From positions 20,962-84,961 of the forward strand of contig JAXGIS010000002.1 of the NCBI GenBank assembly GCA_040770645.1: a stretch of 64,000 nt of DNA, written 5' to 3'. The position numbers and the translations under genes are program-made. This document shows, piece by piece, positions 1-9,541 of the stretch. Each line of letters opens with the position of its first letter. The stretch's first letter is position 1. The notes beneath the pieces are model-generated. The model saw only the letters and a list, made by a program, of their open reading frames with translations. It was not told where the DNA came from and searched no databases. This DNA comes from Thermoleophilia bacterium. Lineage in GTDB: Bacteria; Actinomycetota; Thermoleophilia; RBG-16-64-13.

Positions 1-835
1 TCTGCAGGGCTTCGAACATGCCGGAGTCCATATTGCTCTTGAGCCGCCACATGGCCCCGAGCAGGTCGGTGTTGCCCACGGCGAAAGCGATACGCCAGCC
101 GGTCATGCAGAACGGTTTGGAGAAGCTCCAGAACTCGATACCTACATCCTTAGCCCCCGGGGTCTCCAGGAAACTGGGTGCCACGTAGTCACCGAAACAG
201 AGCTCGGAGTAGGCGTTGTCGCTCACCACAATGACGTCGTGCTTCTTGGCGAACTCCACCACCCGGGCGTAGAAGTCGCTGCCCTCCGGGACCACGGCCG
301 CGGTAGGGTTGTTGGGATAGGAAATGAAGAGGAGCTTGGCCCTCTCACACTCCTCGGGAGTGAGCGAGTCCAGATCGGGCAAGAACCCGTTTTCAGCGCG
401 CAGCGGCAGCAGACGAGGGGTGCCGCCGGCGATCAGGCTGCCCGAGTTGTAGACCGGATACCCCGGGTCGGGTACCAAGACCAGGTCGTCTTTGTCTACG
501 GTGGCAAGGATGACGTGGGCCAGACCCTCTTTTGACCCCAACAGGGGGAAGAACTCACCGGAGGGATCGATATCCACCCCGAAACGCCGCTTGTAGTAGT
601 TGGAGGCCGCCTGCGCGAACTCCTCGACCCCGGCGTTGGTGGGATATCTGTGGTTGCGAGGGTCGGCCACCTGGCGCTGCATCTCCTCGACTATGTACTG
701 GGGAGTGGGGATATCCGGATCTCCGATCCCCAGGCTGATGACGTCGATCCCCGACTTCCGTTTGGCCTGGATCTTCTTCTCGATCTCCGCGAAGAGGTAG
801 GGGGCCATTCCGTCCAACCTGCGAGAGAAGCGCAT
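1..835 (-). CDS. dapL: PLP-dependent aminotransferase, LL-diaminopimelate aminotransferase-like (C-terminus lies beyond the window start)
   Basis: My own minus-strand translation from ATG at 835 gives MRFSRRLDGMAPYLFAEIEKKIQAKRKSGIDVISLGIGDPDIPTP...VVSDNAYSELCFGD...FWSFSKPFCMTGWRIAFAVGN. This shows a class I aminotransferase fold with the SxSK PLP-lysine motif. It sits adjacent to dapF. It is absent from the ORF track because it has no stop inside the window. Confidence 0.7.
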   Translation of the reverse strand, partial: MRFSRRLDGMAPYLFAEIEKKIQAKRKSGIDVISLGIGDPDIPTPQYIVEEMQRQVADPRNHRYPTNAGVEEFAQAASNYYKRRFGVDIDPSGEFFPLLGSKEGLAHVILATVDKDDLVLVPDPGYPVYNSGSLIAGGTPRLLPLRAENGFLPDLDSLTPEECERAKLLFISYPNNPTAAVVPEGSDFYARVVEFAKKHDVIVVSDNAYSELCFGDYVAPSFLETPGAKDVGIEFWSFSKPFCMTGWRIAFAVGNTDLLGAMWRLKSNMDSGMFEALQ

Positions 836-865
836 ACCGTCCCCTTTCGTCATTACACCGGTGGG

Positions 866-1747
866 CTACAGCCAGCCCAGCCGGCCCTTCAGCTCGTCGG
901 CGACTACGCCGGTGAATACTTCGGTGGCTGGACCGGTCATAATCACATGCCCGTCGCCGGCCACCGCGATCTCCAAATCTCCGCCATTCAGGCGTACCAC
1001 CACCGGGTCGGCGGCCATCCCCAGCCGCACGGCAGCGACACCCACCGCGGTGGCTCCCGTTCCGCACGCCTGCGTCTCCCCCACTCCCCGCTCCCATACG
1101 CGCATGCGTACGGCTCCGTCGGGGAGCACCGATATGAACTCCACGTTAACACGACGCGGAAACAGCGGATGGCGCTCAATAAGCGGCCCCACGACCTCGA
1201 GTGCCACCGTGTCCGGGTTTGCCACCGGGATTACGCAGTGCGGATTCCCCACGTCCACGAAGGTGATATCCGCGGCAACCTCCAGAGCGTCGCCCCGGAA
1301 GACAAAAGGAATCGAGACCACCTCCGCTCCCTCCGGCAAGTCCAGCAGGGTGTGGTCGATAGCCTCGCCGCCGAAGCGCGCCTCCCCCATGTCCACACGC
1401 ACGCGCCCGTCTGCCAGAAGACTCGGCCGGATGGGGCCGGCAAGCGTCTCCACGGTGAACTCGGAGCCGGCGACCAGTCCCCGCCCCTGCAGATAGCGTG
1501 CGAATTGGCGGACGCCGTTGCCGCACATCTCCGGCTCGCTGCCGTCGGGATTGAAGATGCGCATGCGGGCCACGGCGCCGGGCACCGCCCCTGTGACGGC
1601 GCAGAGCAGCAGGATCCCGTCGGAGCCGATGCCGCGATGGCGATCGCACAGCAGGTCGATGGAGTGGGCCGTCAGAGGGCAGGGGAGGTCTGCCTCATCG
1701 ATGATGAGGTAATCGTTGCCCAACCCCTCCCACTTCGCGAACTCCAT
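866..1747 (-). CDS. dapF: diaminopimelate epimerase
   Basis: Track ORF 866..1762. It contains MEFAKWEGLGNDYLIID, NPDGSEPEMCGNG and ETQACGTGATA, the two catalytic-Cys motifs. The likely start is ATG 1747, with GGGGAG about 5 nt upstream. Confidence 0.93.
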   Translation of the reverse strand: MEFAKWEGLGNDYLIIDEADLPCPLTAHSIDLLCDRHRGIGSDGILLLCAVTGAVPGAVARMRIFNPDGSEPEMCGNGVRQFARYLQGRGLVAGSEFTVETLAGPIRPSLLADGRVRVDMGEARFGGEAIDHTLLDLPEGAEVVSIPFVFRGDALEVAADITFVDVGNPHCVIPVANPDTVALEVVGPLIERHPLFPRRVNVEFISVLPDGAVRMRVWERGVGETQACGTGATAVGVAAVRLGMAADPVVVRLNGGDLEIAVAGDGHVIMTGPATEVFTGVVADELKGRLGWL

Positions 1748-2015
1748 CCCCTCTCCCCTCACGGTAACTCGACTCTACCGGTAACGCGACCCACACCGGC
1801 CTCCGCCGCCAAAGACGGGCGGTGTTGCAACCGCCACCTCCCGGCAGCAGCAGTGACCGGCGGCCCTTGGTGCCGCGCGTGGCGACGGCCGGTGGCGCCG
1901 GCCCGGAATGCAGCGTGTTACGCCTGTCCGGAAGGCAACACCGGCGCACCCGTCCACGGTGCCGGCCCGAACTGCCGCGCCGCCCCATGGAGCCGGTCAG
2001 TCGAGACGACTTCCG

Positions 2016-3229
2016 CTACTGACTGGTGTTACTCAACAGCGCGCTGCGCTCCCGGACATGCGCGTGGATATCCGCGGCCACCGCAACCGGATCTCTCTCG
2101 GAGACGTCCATGATAACAATGCCCGGCACCTTGCGCATCCACGTGAGTTGGCGCCGGGCATACCCGCGGGTGGCCGCGGCCAAGCGTCCCTCGACCTCGT
2201 CGTACCCCAAGCCTCCCGCCAGGTGCTCAGCGATGATCCGAAAGCCTATCGCCTTGCCTATGCCTCGCTCCAGATCCCGCCCTCCTTGGCCACCGGGGTG
2301 CGCGGCCAGCACAGCGGCCGCTTCCTGCACGGCTCCCGCCCGGAGCATCTCCCTGGTGCGTGTATTGATACGCCGATGGAGTTCTTCGCGCGGTAGGGTG
2401 AGACCTACCAGCACCGTGGGGTGGTGGTAGCGCGGCGCCCACAGGTCTGATCGCCCCGACCACTGATACGGCGTCTTTCGCGCGGCCTCGCCGGTGCCGA
2501 CCGAGGCGGCCTCCCTGGCGCCCGCCTGCGCGGCCCCGCCGGCTCCCTCCTGAGCCATCCGCCCGGCAACCTTCTCGGCGGACCTCATCACAGACGAGCC
2601 TCCAGCCGTCTTCCCTGACGCCTGCGCCGCACACGGAGCCCGAGAGGCTCTGGGCGATGCCCCAACCGAGGATTCAACCGAAGCCACGTCTGTAACCGCG
2701 CCACGTGTGGCAAGCAGGGCGCCCAGCGCCCTCACCACCCGCCGGACGTTGCGGGGATGGATAGACGCCGCCGCCGTTGCATCCAGTAGGGCCAGTTCCC
2801 GATGGAGGGCTTCCGGACCGTCGCGCTCGGCCCTGGCTTCGAGCTCGGCCTGCAGGGCGGGCGGGGTGGGGGGGGGGGGGGCCCCACCGCCGCCCTCATG
2901 TACAACCCGGTGCCTCCCACCAGCAGGGCGTGCCCCACTCGGGCCAGGTCGGCCTCGATCAAGGGGCGCACCGCCTGCGCGTAGCGCGCCGCACTCCACT
3001 CCTCCGTGGGCTCCGCCACCCCTATCATCTCGTGGGGTACGGCATTGATTTCAGTGGCGGAAGGCTGATTGGTGAGCACGGGCATACCGCGGTAGATCTG
3101 AAGAGAATCGCACGAGATCACCCGCACCCCCAGGCGCGCGGCCAAGGCAATCCCTACCTGAGTCTTCCCCACCCCTGTGGGACCCAGGATACCGATGACT
3201 ACGCCCGGCGACACGACCTGACCCGGCAC
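2016..3229 (-). pseudogene. miaA: tRNA dimethylallyltransferase MiaA, frame broken inside a G14/C14 homopolymer
   Basis: The N-terminal part (VVIGILGPTGVGKTQ...LLVGGTGLYMRA) is in the frame of ORF 2732..3688. The C-terminal part (LQAELEARAERDGPEALHRELALLD...LTLPREELHRRINTRTREMLRAG...RQLTWMRK) is in ORF 2016..2999. The switch falls at the G run 2868-2881. A GTG start at 3229 lies 1 nt after the miaB stop, with GAGGA upstream. A low-complexity insert of about 70 aa precedes the C-terminal domain. Confidence 0.85.
2868..2881. repeat. 14-nt G homopolymer (C14 on the coding strand, poly-Pro codons) inside miaA
   Basis: Read directly: gcggggt GGGGGGGGGGGGGG ccccacc. The two miaA reading frames join here. 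Confidence 0.95.
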
Positions 3230-3230
3230 C

Positions 3231-4770
3231 TCAGCAGTCCTCGAGCCGATGCCCCTTGAGAGTGGCGGAGGTGGCTGAGTCGATGTGCACGGCCAAGAGG
3301 CTGCCCAGAGGGGATGTGCGAACCACGGAGGAAGTCCGCCGCTTGGGGAAGCGTGCTCGCGGTCGTGGCGGGCGCCGCACTGCGGTGCCTTGGGGGCGGC
3401 GGCGGCACCACCGTCACTTCCTGCAGTACAGCTTGCCGCCACATGCACCAGCTTGTGTGAGCGCGTGCGACCCCACACCCGGCCATCTCCGTCGCCGCCT
3501 TCCACCAAGATCTCCTGGATGGAGCCCACCAAACGCTCATTGGCGGCACGTGACTGCGCCTGCATCAGGGCGATGAGTTCCTCCACCCGGCGCTCCGCCA
3601 CCCGCGCGCCGGCCTGTCCGGCAGCGAGGCCGCACGGGTACCAGGCCGTGGCGAGTAGATGAAGGTGAACGCCGTGTCGAATCCACACTCCTCGGCCAGG
3701 GTCAGCGTTTGTTGGAAATCATCTTCGGACTCCCCGGGAAAGGCGACTATAAGATCGCTGGTAAGCGCCAGGTTGGGTACCTCTTCCCGCAGGCGGTGCA
3801 CCAAAGCCAGGTAATCCGCCCGTGTGTAGCCGCGGCGCATGGCGCGCAGGATGCGATCGCTTCCCGATTGCGCCGGCAGGTGTAGGTACTCACAGACCAC
3901 GGGGCAGGAGGCCAGGGCCCGGATGAGACCCGGCGAGACATCCTTGGGGTGCGAGGTCATGAAACGCACGCGATACAGCCCATCGATCTCGGCGAGCGCC
4001 CACAAGAGATCGGCGAAATCGTGCGTGCCGTGGAACCCGGGCTCCCGCCCATAGGCATTGACGTTCTGCCCCAGCAGGGTGACTTCGCGCACACCGTCTG
4101 CCACCAACCCCTGCACCTCGGCGATGATGTGGTGCGGGGGCCGGGACGGTCCCGCCCCGCGCACCAAAGGCACCACGCAGTACGAACAGAAGTTGGTGCA
4201 CCCGGTCATGATCTGCACCCAGGCGAGCGGTCCTTCGCGCCGCACGCGCGGCAGATCGGCACTGAACACCGTGGTGGTGGGAGCCAGTGCGCTCCCCCGC
4301 GTGCCTTCCTCCAGTCTTCGGCGCACGAGCGAAGGGAGCGAGGCGATGTCTTGCGGCCCCACCAGGACATCCACGCACGCCTGCTCGCGCAGCAGATCCT
4401 CGCCGCGACTCTGGGCCAGACATCCTGCCACCACCACCACAACTCCAGAATCACGCGTTTTCAATCTGCGCGCCGTACCCAGATGCCCCACAAGGCGGGA
4501 GTCGGCTTTTTCGCGCACAGTGCAGGTGTTGTAGATGAGGAGACCCGCCTCTTCCGGTTGCGCCACCCGGCGCAGACCCTCGGCGTGCAGCATCCCATGG
4601 ATGCGCTCGGAATCGTGCTCGTTCATCTGGCAACCGAAGGCGCGCAGGTAGAAGGTGGGGCGAGCCAGCAGGTCGCACAGCCGATCCCTTCCCGCTCCAG
4701 AAGGGTCGGGAGGCGCCACTGTGAACGCCGCCTCGGCCGGTAGCTGCATCGTCGGCTTCCGGCGGGTCAC
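3231..4770 (-). pseudogene. miaB: tRNA-i6A37 methylthiotransferase MiaB, at least 2-3 frameshifts in the C-terminal third
   Basis: ORF 3565..4770 carries the UPF0004 and radical-SAM parts (FGCQMNEHDSE, GCTNFCSYCVVP). The TRAM domain continues in another frame (ARVAERRVEELIALMQ...GRTRSHKLVHV). The last strand is in a third frame (PLGSLLAVHIDSATSATLKGHRLEDC, stop 3231-3233). The first shift is near 3613-3621, where ccggacagg would read LPDQ if one C were restored. The likely start is ATG 4749 (GGAAG SD) or GTG 4770. Confidence 0.85.
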
Positions 4771-4774
4771 GCCA

Positions 4775-6313
4775 TTATTTGGCGTAGTCGACCGCGCGGC
4801 TCTCGCGGATGACGATCACGCGGATCTGTCCGGGATAATCGAGCTCCTGCTCAATCTCGCGCGCGATCTCGCGACAGAGCAGCGAGGCCGCATCGTCATC
4901 GATCTCGTCGGGCTTGACCATGACCCGGATCTCGCGGCCCGCCTGGATGGCGTAAGACTTTTCCACGCCTTTTTTGGACTCGGCGATGCTCTCCAAGCGC
5001 TCGAGACGCTTGATGTACGTCTCCAGGGTCTCGCGTCGGGCACCGGGGCGCGCCCCAGAAACGGCATCGGCCGCAGCCACCATCACGGCCTCCACCGTCT
5101 CCTGCTCCACGTCGTTGTGGTGCGCCTCGATCGCGTGACATACCGCGTCGCTCTCGCCATAACGCCTGGCCAAGTTGGCGCCAATGACCGCGTGGGACCC
5201 CTCCACCTCGTGATCCACGGCTTTGCCCAGATCGTGAAGCAGCCCGGCGCGTTTTGCCAATTTGGCGTTGGCTCCCAGCTCGTGGGCCATCATGCCCGCC
5301 AAGTGGCCGACTTCCAGGGAGTGGGCCAGGACGTTCTGGCCGTAGCTTGTCCGGTAGCGCAGACGGCCCAAGAGCTTGACCAGTTCAGGAGCAAGGCCGT
5401 GGATATCGGCGTCGAACGTGGCCTGTTCACCCGCCTCCTTGATCTCCTTCTCCACCTCTTCCTTGGCCTTGCCGTACATCTCCTCGATCTTGGCCGGATG
5501 GATACGACCGTCGGTGACGAGCTTGGCGAGGGTTAGCCGGGCGATCTCACGCCGCACGGTGTCAAAACCCGAAAGCACCACCGCCTCCGGGGTGTCATCG
5601 ATGATGAAATCGATGCCGGTCAGGTTTTCGAGCGTGCGAATGTTACGACCCTCACGGCCGATGATGCGCCCCTTCATATCGTCCGACGGCAGAGCCACCA
5701 CCGACACGGTGGTGTCGGCCACGTGCGGAGCCGCGGTGCGCTGTATGCACATGGACAGGATATCCCTGGCACGACGTTCGCCGTCTCGCCGAGCCTCTTC
5801 TTCCACCTGGCGGACCATCTTGGCCATGTCGTGACGGATCTCACCCTCGGCCCGCTTGAGCAACAACTCGCGGGCGTCGGCCTCGGTCAGACCCGAAAGC
5901 TCTTCCAGCAGGCGCCTTTGCTCATCGCGGGCTGCTTCCGCTTCCTCCACCACCTTGCGGTAATGTGCCTCGCGATCGGTGACAGACTGCTCTTTGCGGG
6001 CCAACTCCGCCGTCTTCTGCTCCAGCCCTTCCTCTTTCTGAAGCAGGCGCTTGTCGAGCTGGGCCAGCTCAGAGCGTCTCTCTTTGAGCTCGGCCTCAGT
6101 CTCAGTGCGAAGCTTGTGGAGCTCTTCCTTGACCTCCAAGCGGGCCTCACGCTGAACCGCCTCGGCCTGCTTACGCCCCTCCTCGACCAGTTTGCGCGCT
6201 TCCTGTTCCGCCGAACTGATGCGCGCCTCCCCAATCATCTTGCGCAGCACATAGCCGGCTGCAAGGCAGATGACTCCCACGATAACCGCAACTACGATGC
6301 CTAAGCCGTCCAT
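4775..6313 (-). CDS. rny: ribonuclease Y
   Basis: It has an N-terminal TM helix ([23 protein letters not shown]), a coiled coil, a KH domain ([15 protein letters not shown]) and an HD domain ([17 protein letters not shown]...LLHDLGK). The start is taken at ATG 6313. The track ORF extends to 6406. Confidence 0.93.
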   Translation of the reverse strand: MDGLGIVVAVIVGVICLAAGYVLRKMIGEARISSAEQEARKLVEEGRKQAEAVQREARLEVKEELHKLRTETEAELKERRSELAQLDKRLLQKEEGLEQKTAELARKEQSVTDREAHYRKVVEEAEAARDEQRRLLEELSGLTEADARELLLKRAEGEIRHDMAKMVRQVEEEARRDGERRARDILSMCIQRTAAPHVADTTVSVVALPSDDMKGRIIGREGRNIRTLENLTGIDFIIDDTPEAVVLSGFDTVRREIARLTLAKLVTDGRIHPAKIEEMYGKAKEEVEKEIKEAGEQATFDADIHGLAPELVKLLGRLRYRTSYGQNVLAHSLEVGHLAGMMAHELGANAKLAKRAGLLHDLGKAVDHEVEGSHAVIGANLARRYGESDAVCHAIEAHHNDVEQETVEAVMVAAADAVSGARPGARRETLETYIKRLERLESIAESKKGVEKSYAIQAGREIRVMVKPDEIDDDAASLLCREIAREIEQELDYPGQIRVIVIRESRAVDYAK

Positions 6314-6658
6314 GCTTTCATCTCTCCAATCGCAAGCAAGCGAGAGCATTCCCAAGCAGTGACGGTCGTGGCGACGACATAGGTGACGCCGGTCCGGCCT
6401 GCCCAACCGAAACCCGGCCGAGTCGCGACGCGGATAGACGAAGACGCCTACGCGCTCTCCCCGTGTGCCCTATCCAGGGAGGTGTTGAATGAACCTATCT
6501 CTTCCTTCAGAAGTCCGGCAGCGAGCCCGCCTAAGGGCTAGAGCAGCGCAGATCCGCAATCACGCCGAAAATCTATCTACTACGAGCAGGACCACGAGAA
6601 ATCGTCGTCAACCGATCGTCACTTGCCGGGTGAGTTTACTCTGGCTTCACACAGCCCG

Positions 6659-7150
6659 TCAAGTTTCGCCTGCATCTCGTCCATTTTCTACCCTGGCGCC
6701 CAGGGCAGATTGCACAACCTGACGAATGACATCCCACTCGTGTCCGTTGCGGGCCAGGAAGCCCTCGGCCTTGCGCCGCGCAGCCCGCGGATCCTGCTCA
6801 GCCAGAGCTCCGAAGCGCCGCCGCACCATTTCCACCAGAGCGAGCGCCTCGCCGCCACCTCGAAGCTGCTCGGCCACCACATCCGGCACCACACCTTTGC
6901 GCAGCAGGGCCTGACGAATGCGCACCGGCCCCCAGCCCGCCCGCAACTTCTCTTCGGTGAAGGCCTGCGCGTAGCGCACGTCGTCCAGATAGCCCAACCC
7001 CTGCAGCCACTTCACAACCTCGGCGATAACGGGTTCGGTATATCCGTAGCGCTCCAGCCGCACTTCCACCTCCCGACAGGAGCGGTCTTGATGCCCCAGA
7101 AAACGCAGGGCGCGTGCTCTGGCCTGTGCCGGATCTGCGTCCGTTCCCAT
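6659..7150 (-). CDS. recX: recombination regulator RecX
   Basis: 163 aa. RecX-type helical repeats (ALRFLGHQDRSCREVEVRLERYGY...) lie directly downstream of recA. Confidence 0.85.
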   Translation of the reverse strand: MGTDADPAQARARALRFLGHQDRSCREVEVRLERYGYTEPVIAEVVKWLQGLGYLDDVRYAQAFTEEKLRAGWGPVRIRQALLRKGVVPDVVAEQLRGGGEALALVEMVRRRFGALAEQDPRAARRKAEGFLARNGHEWDVIRQVVQSALGARVENGRDAGET

Positions 7151-7238
7151 GGTATGACCAAACGCCCTTGGTTGTGCTACCCGAGCACAACGCGGTGTGG
7201 TATCAGCGGCGTAACCCGCATGGTCGCCTTACAGGCCG

Positions 7239-8345
7239 TCAGCCGGCCGGCTTGGGCTCCGGTTTGCCTCCGCCGGGTTCTGTCTGATCCCCCGCCTGAT
7301 CCGCTTCCGTTGCGGGCAGCTCCCCCCGCCACCATTCGGGACTCAAGGAGGCGATGACGGCGTCACGCAAGGATGAAACCAAATCAGGGTTATCGCGCAG
7401 AAACTGCTTCACGTTCTCTCGGCCTTGGCCCAGACGCTGGTCGGCGTACGAGTACCACGCCCCGCTTTTCTGAACGATGCCGTGATCCACCGACAAGTCG
7501 AGGATGTCCCCTTCTGCGGAGATACCGGTACCGAACATGATGTCAAACTCGGCCTGCTTGAAGGGTGGGGCCACCTTGTTCTTGACCACCCGCACCCGTA
7601 CCCGACTCCCGACCGCGCTGTCCCCGTCTTTCAGCGTCTCTATGCGCCTTATGTCCAACCGCACGGAGGAGTAGAACTTGAGCGCCCGACCACCCGGTGT
7701 CACCTCCGGGTTGCCGAACATCACACCCACCTTCTCCCGTAACTGGTTGATGAACACGGCCGTGGTCATGGTCTTGTTGATGGTGGCGGCCAGCTTGCGC
7801 AGTGCCTGGCTCATCAGGCGCGCCTGAAGTCCCACATGAGAGTCCCCCATCTCACCTTCGATCTCAGCTCGAGGTGTGAGTGCCGCCACGGAGTCCACCA
7901 CCACCACATCCAACGCTCCACTGCGAATGAGCAGTTCCGTGATCTCCAGCGCCTGCTCTCCATGATCAGGTTGCGACACCAACAGATCATCCACATTGAC
8001 ACCGATCCTCCGTGCATACAGAGGATCCATGGCGTGCTCTGCATCGATGAAGGCGGCTTTGCCGCCTTGTTTCTGGGCCTCAGCAATGACGTGAAGGGCC
8101 AGAGTGGTCTTGCCGCTGGATTCAGGGCCGAAGATCTCCACCACGCGGCCTCGTGGCACGCCCCCCACACCGAGTGCCAGGTCCAAGCTCAGGGCACCGG
8201 TTGGGATGGCCGGGATACGGACACCGGCGGCCGCATCCCCCATACGCATGATGGCGCCCTTGCCGAATTGGCGCTCGATCTGCGTTACCGCTATGTCCAA
8301 AGCTTTGTCCTTGTCCACCGGTCCTCCTCCGACCCCCAAGGTCAT
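7239..8345 (-). CDS. recA: recombinase RecA
   Basis: [23 protein letters not shown], Walker [14 protein letters not shown], and [28 protein letters not shown]. Intact, 368 aa. Confidence 0.98.
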   Translation of the reverse strand: MTLGVGGGPVDKDKALDIAVTQIERQFGKGAIMRMGDAAAGVRIPAIPTGALSLDLALGVGGVPRGRVVEIFGPESSGKTTLALHVIAEAQKQGGKAAFIDAEHAMDPLYARRIGVNVDDLLVSQPDHGEQALEITELLIRSGALDVVVVDSVAALTPRAEIEGEMGDSHVGLQARLMSQALRKLAATINKTMTTAVFINQLREKVGVMFGNPEVTPGGRALKFYSSVRLDIRRIETLKDGDSAVGSRVRVRVVKNKVAPPFKQAEFDIMFGTGISAEGDILDLSVDHGIVQKSGAWYSYADQRLGQGRENVKQFLRDNPDLVSSLRDAVIASLSPEWWRGELPATEADQAGDQTEPGGGKPEPKPAG

Positions 8346-8969
8346 CTAATCCACGCTCAACGCCCGCCGCATCACCACCGTGTAGACGGCTCCCGACCGA
8401 CGCAGCTCACTCCTGTACAGGCACACCGAAGATACAGCATATGCGGCAGGCTCACACTCGTACTTTGGTTGCACCCGGGTGGGCACACGCAGGCGCGCAA
8501 TGGTCAGGTGCGCCCGGAAGGGCCGCTTCTCACGACGCATCACCTGCTCTCCCTCCAAGCCGCTCATCACCGCCTCGTACAGCCGTGCCATGAGACCGGT
8601 GCGGTCATCGAGCCCCAACGCCACCACCCGCGCGCGGCTGTTCGAAGGCAGCGCCAAGTAACCGCCCAGTGGGACCACTCCACCCAGACGGGCCGGAATG
8701 TGGCTCACCACGCGTGCGGCCGCCTGCACTTTGTCATGCCCCACCTCGCCGATGAAGGCGAGCGTGACATGTAGTTGCTCGGCCGTGGTCAGGCGCAGTC
8801 CGGGCACGGAGCCGATGCCGCGCTGAGCCCTTTGCACCAGTGGCAGCAACTCCGCCGGCAACGGCACGCCCACGAAGAGCCGCCACCTCTCCTCACGTGA
8901 TCTGGCCGCATTGGAGACACCGGCTGCCTCTCCCTCTTCTGGAGCAGTACGCGCCCGTCTCTCGTTCAT
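8346..8969 (-). CDS. thpR: RNA 2',3'-cyclic phosphodiesterase / 2'-5' RNA ligase family (2H phosphoesterase)
   Basis: It has two HxT motifs, HVTLAF and HLTIAR. ATG 8969 forms an ATGA overlap with the pgsA stop. The track ORF 8346..9278 is an upstream read-through. Confidence 0.8.
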   Translation of the reverse strand: MNERRARTAPEEGEAAGVSNAARSREERWRLFVGVPLPAELLPLVQRAQRGIGSVPGLRLTTAEQLHVTLAFIGEVGHDKVQAAARVVSHIPARLGGVVPLGGYLALPSNSRARVVALGLDDRTGLMARLYEAVMSGLEGEQVMRREKRPFRAHLTIARLRVPTRVQPKYECEPAAYAVSSVCLYRSELRRSGAVYTVVMRRALSVD

Positions 8970-9541
8970 GAGCCTCCAGCTTCTCCTCTGTCCTCGCGCT
9001 CCGTGGCCGGCATGCGGAGGCTGTCCCGGGCCCGCACGAAGTAGTCTATCCCGCTGCCCAAGGTCAGCAAGACGGCCAATCCCACCACTACCGCGCTGAG
9101 TCTCACGCCCCACACCGACCAACCCGGCTCTATGATCAGGGCCACGATGGCCACCATCTGCGCAGCCGTCTTCACCTTGCCCCATGGGCTTGCCGAGATG
9201 ACCACATTCTCCGCCGCCGCCACCATCCTCAATCCCGACACCGCGAACTCCCGCGCAATGATCACCATAGCAACCCACGCGGACAGCTTCCCGAGTTGGA
9301 CCAGTGCCAATAGAGCCGCGGAGACCAGTAGCTTATCCGCCAAGGGGTCGAGGAAGGCCCCGAGTGTGGTCACTTCCCGTCTGCGGCGGGCGAAGTACCC
9401 ATCGAGTGAGTCACTGGCCGCCGCCAGAACGAAGGTGCCTACGGCAAACGCCGCCCCGTACGGTATGGCTCCCAGGAGGAACGTCATGAACACCGGGATC
9501 AGTAGAATGCGAAACAGGGTGATGGCGTTGGGCAGGTTCAC
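8966..9541 (-). CDS. pgsA: CDP-diacylglycerol-glycerol-3-phosphate 3-phosphatidyltransferase
   Basis: CDP-alcohol phosphatidyltransferase motif DSLDGYFARRRREVTTLGAFLDPLADK, with multiple TM helices. Confidence 0.88.
   Translation of the reverse strand: MNLPNAITLFRILLIPVFMTFLLGAIPYGAAFAVGTFVLAAASDSLDGYFARRRREVTTLGAFLDPLADKLLVSAALLALVQLGKLSAWVAMVIIAREFAVSGLRMVAAAENVVISASPWGKVKTAAQMVAIVALIIEPGWSVWGVRLSAVVVGLAVLLTLGSGIDYFVRARDSLRMPATEREDRGEAGGS

Noticed and set aside
1748-2015. 268-nt miaA-dapF spacer considered as a possible lysine or other riboswitch, or as a small gene
   Set aside because: I could not find L-box or other riboswitch core sequences by eye. The ORFs in it (1695..1988 and 1775..1957) are low-complexity. 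I have noted it as unexplained but have no positive evidence. An Rfam scan would be needed.
6489-6722. 77-codon plus-strand ORF preceded by a strong GGGAGGTG Shine-Dalgarno 4 nt from its ATG, in the recX-rny spacer
   Set aside because: Third-position GC is only about half, whereas real genes here are strongly GC3-biased. The product is an Arg-rich string with no motif, and its 3' end runs antisense into recX. The SD-like sequence is more simply the complement of a CACCTCCC element in the rny leader.
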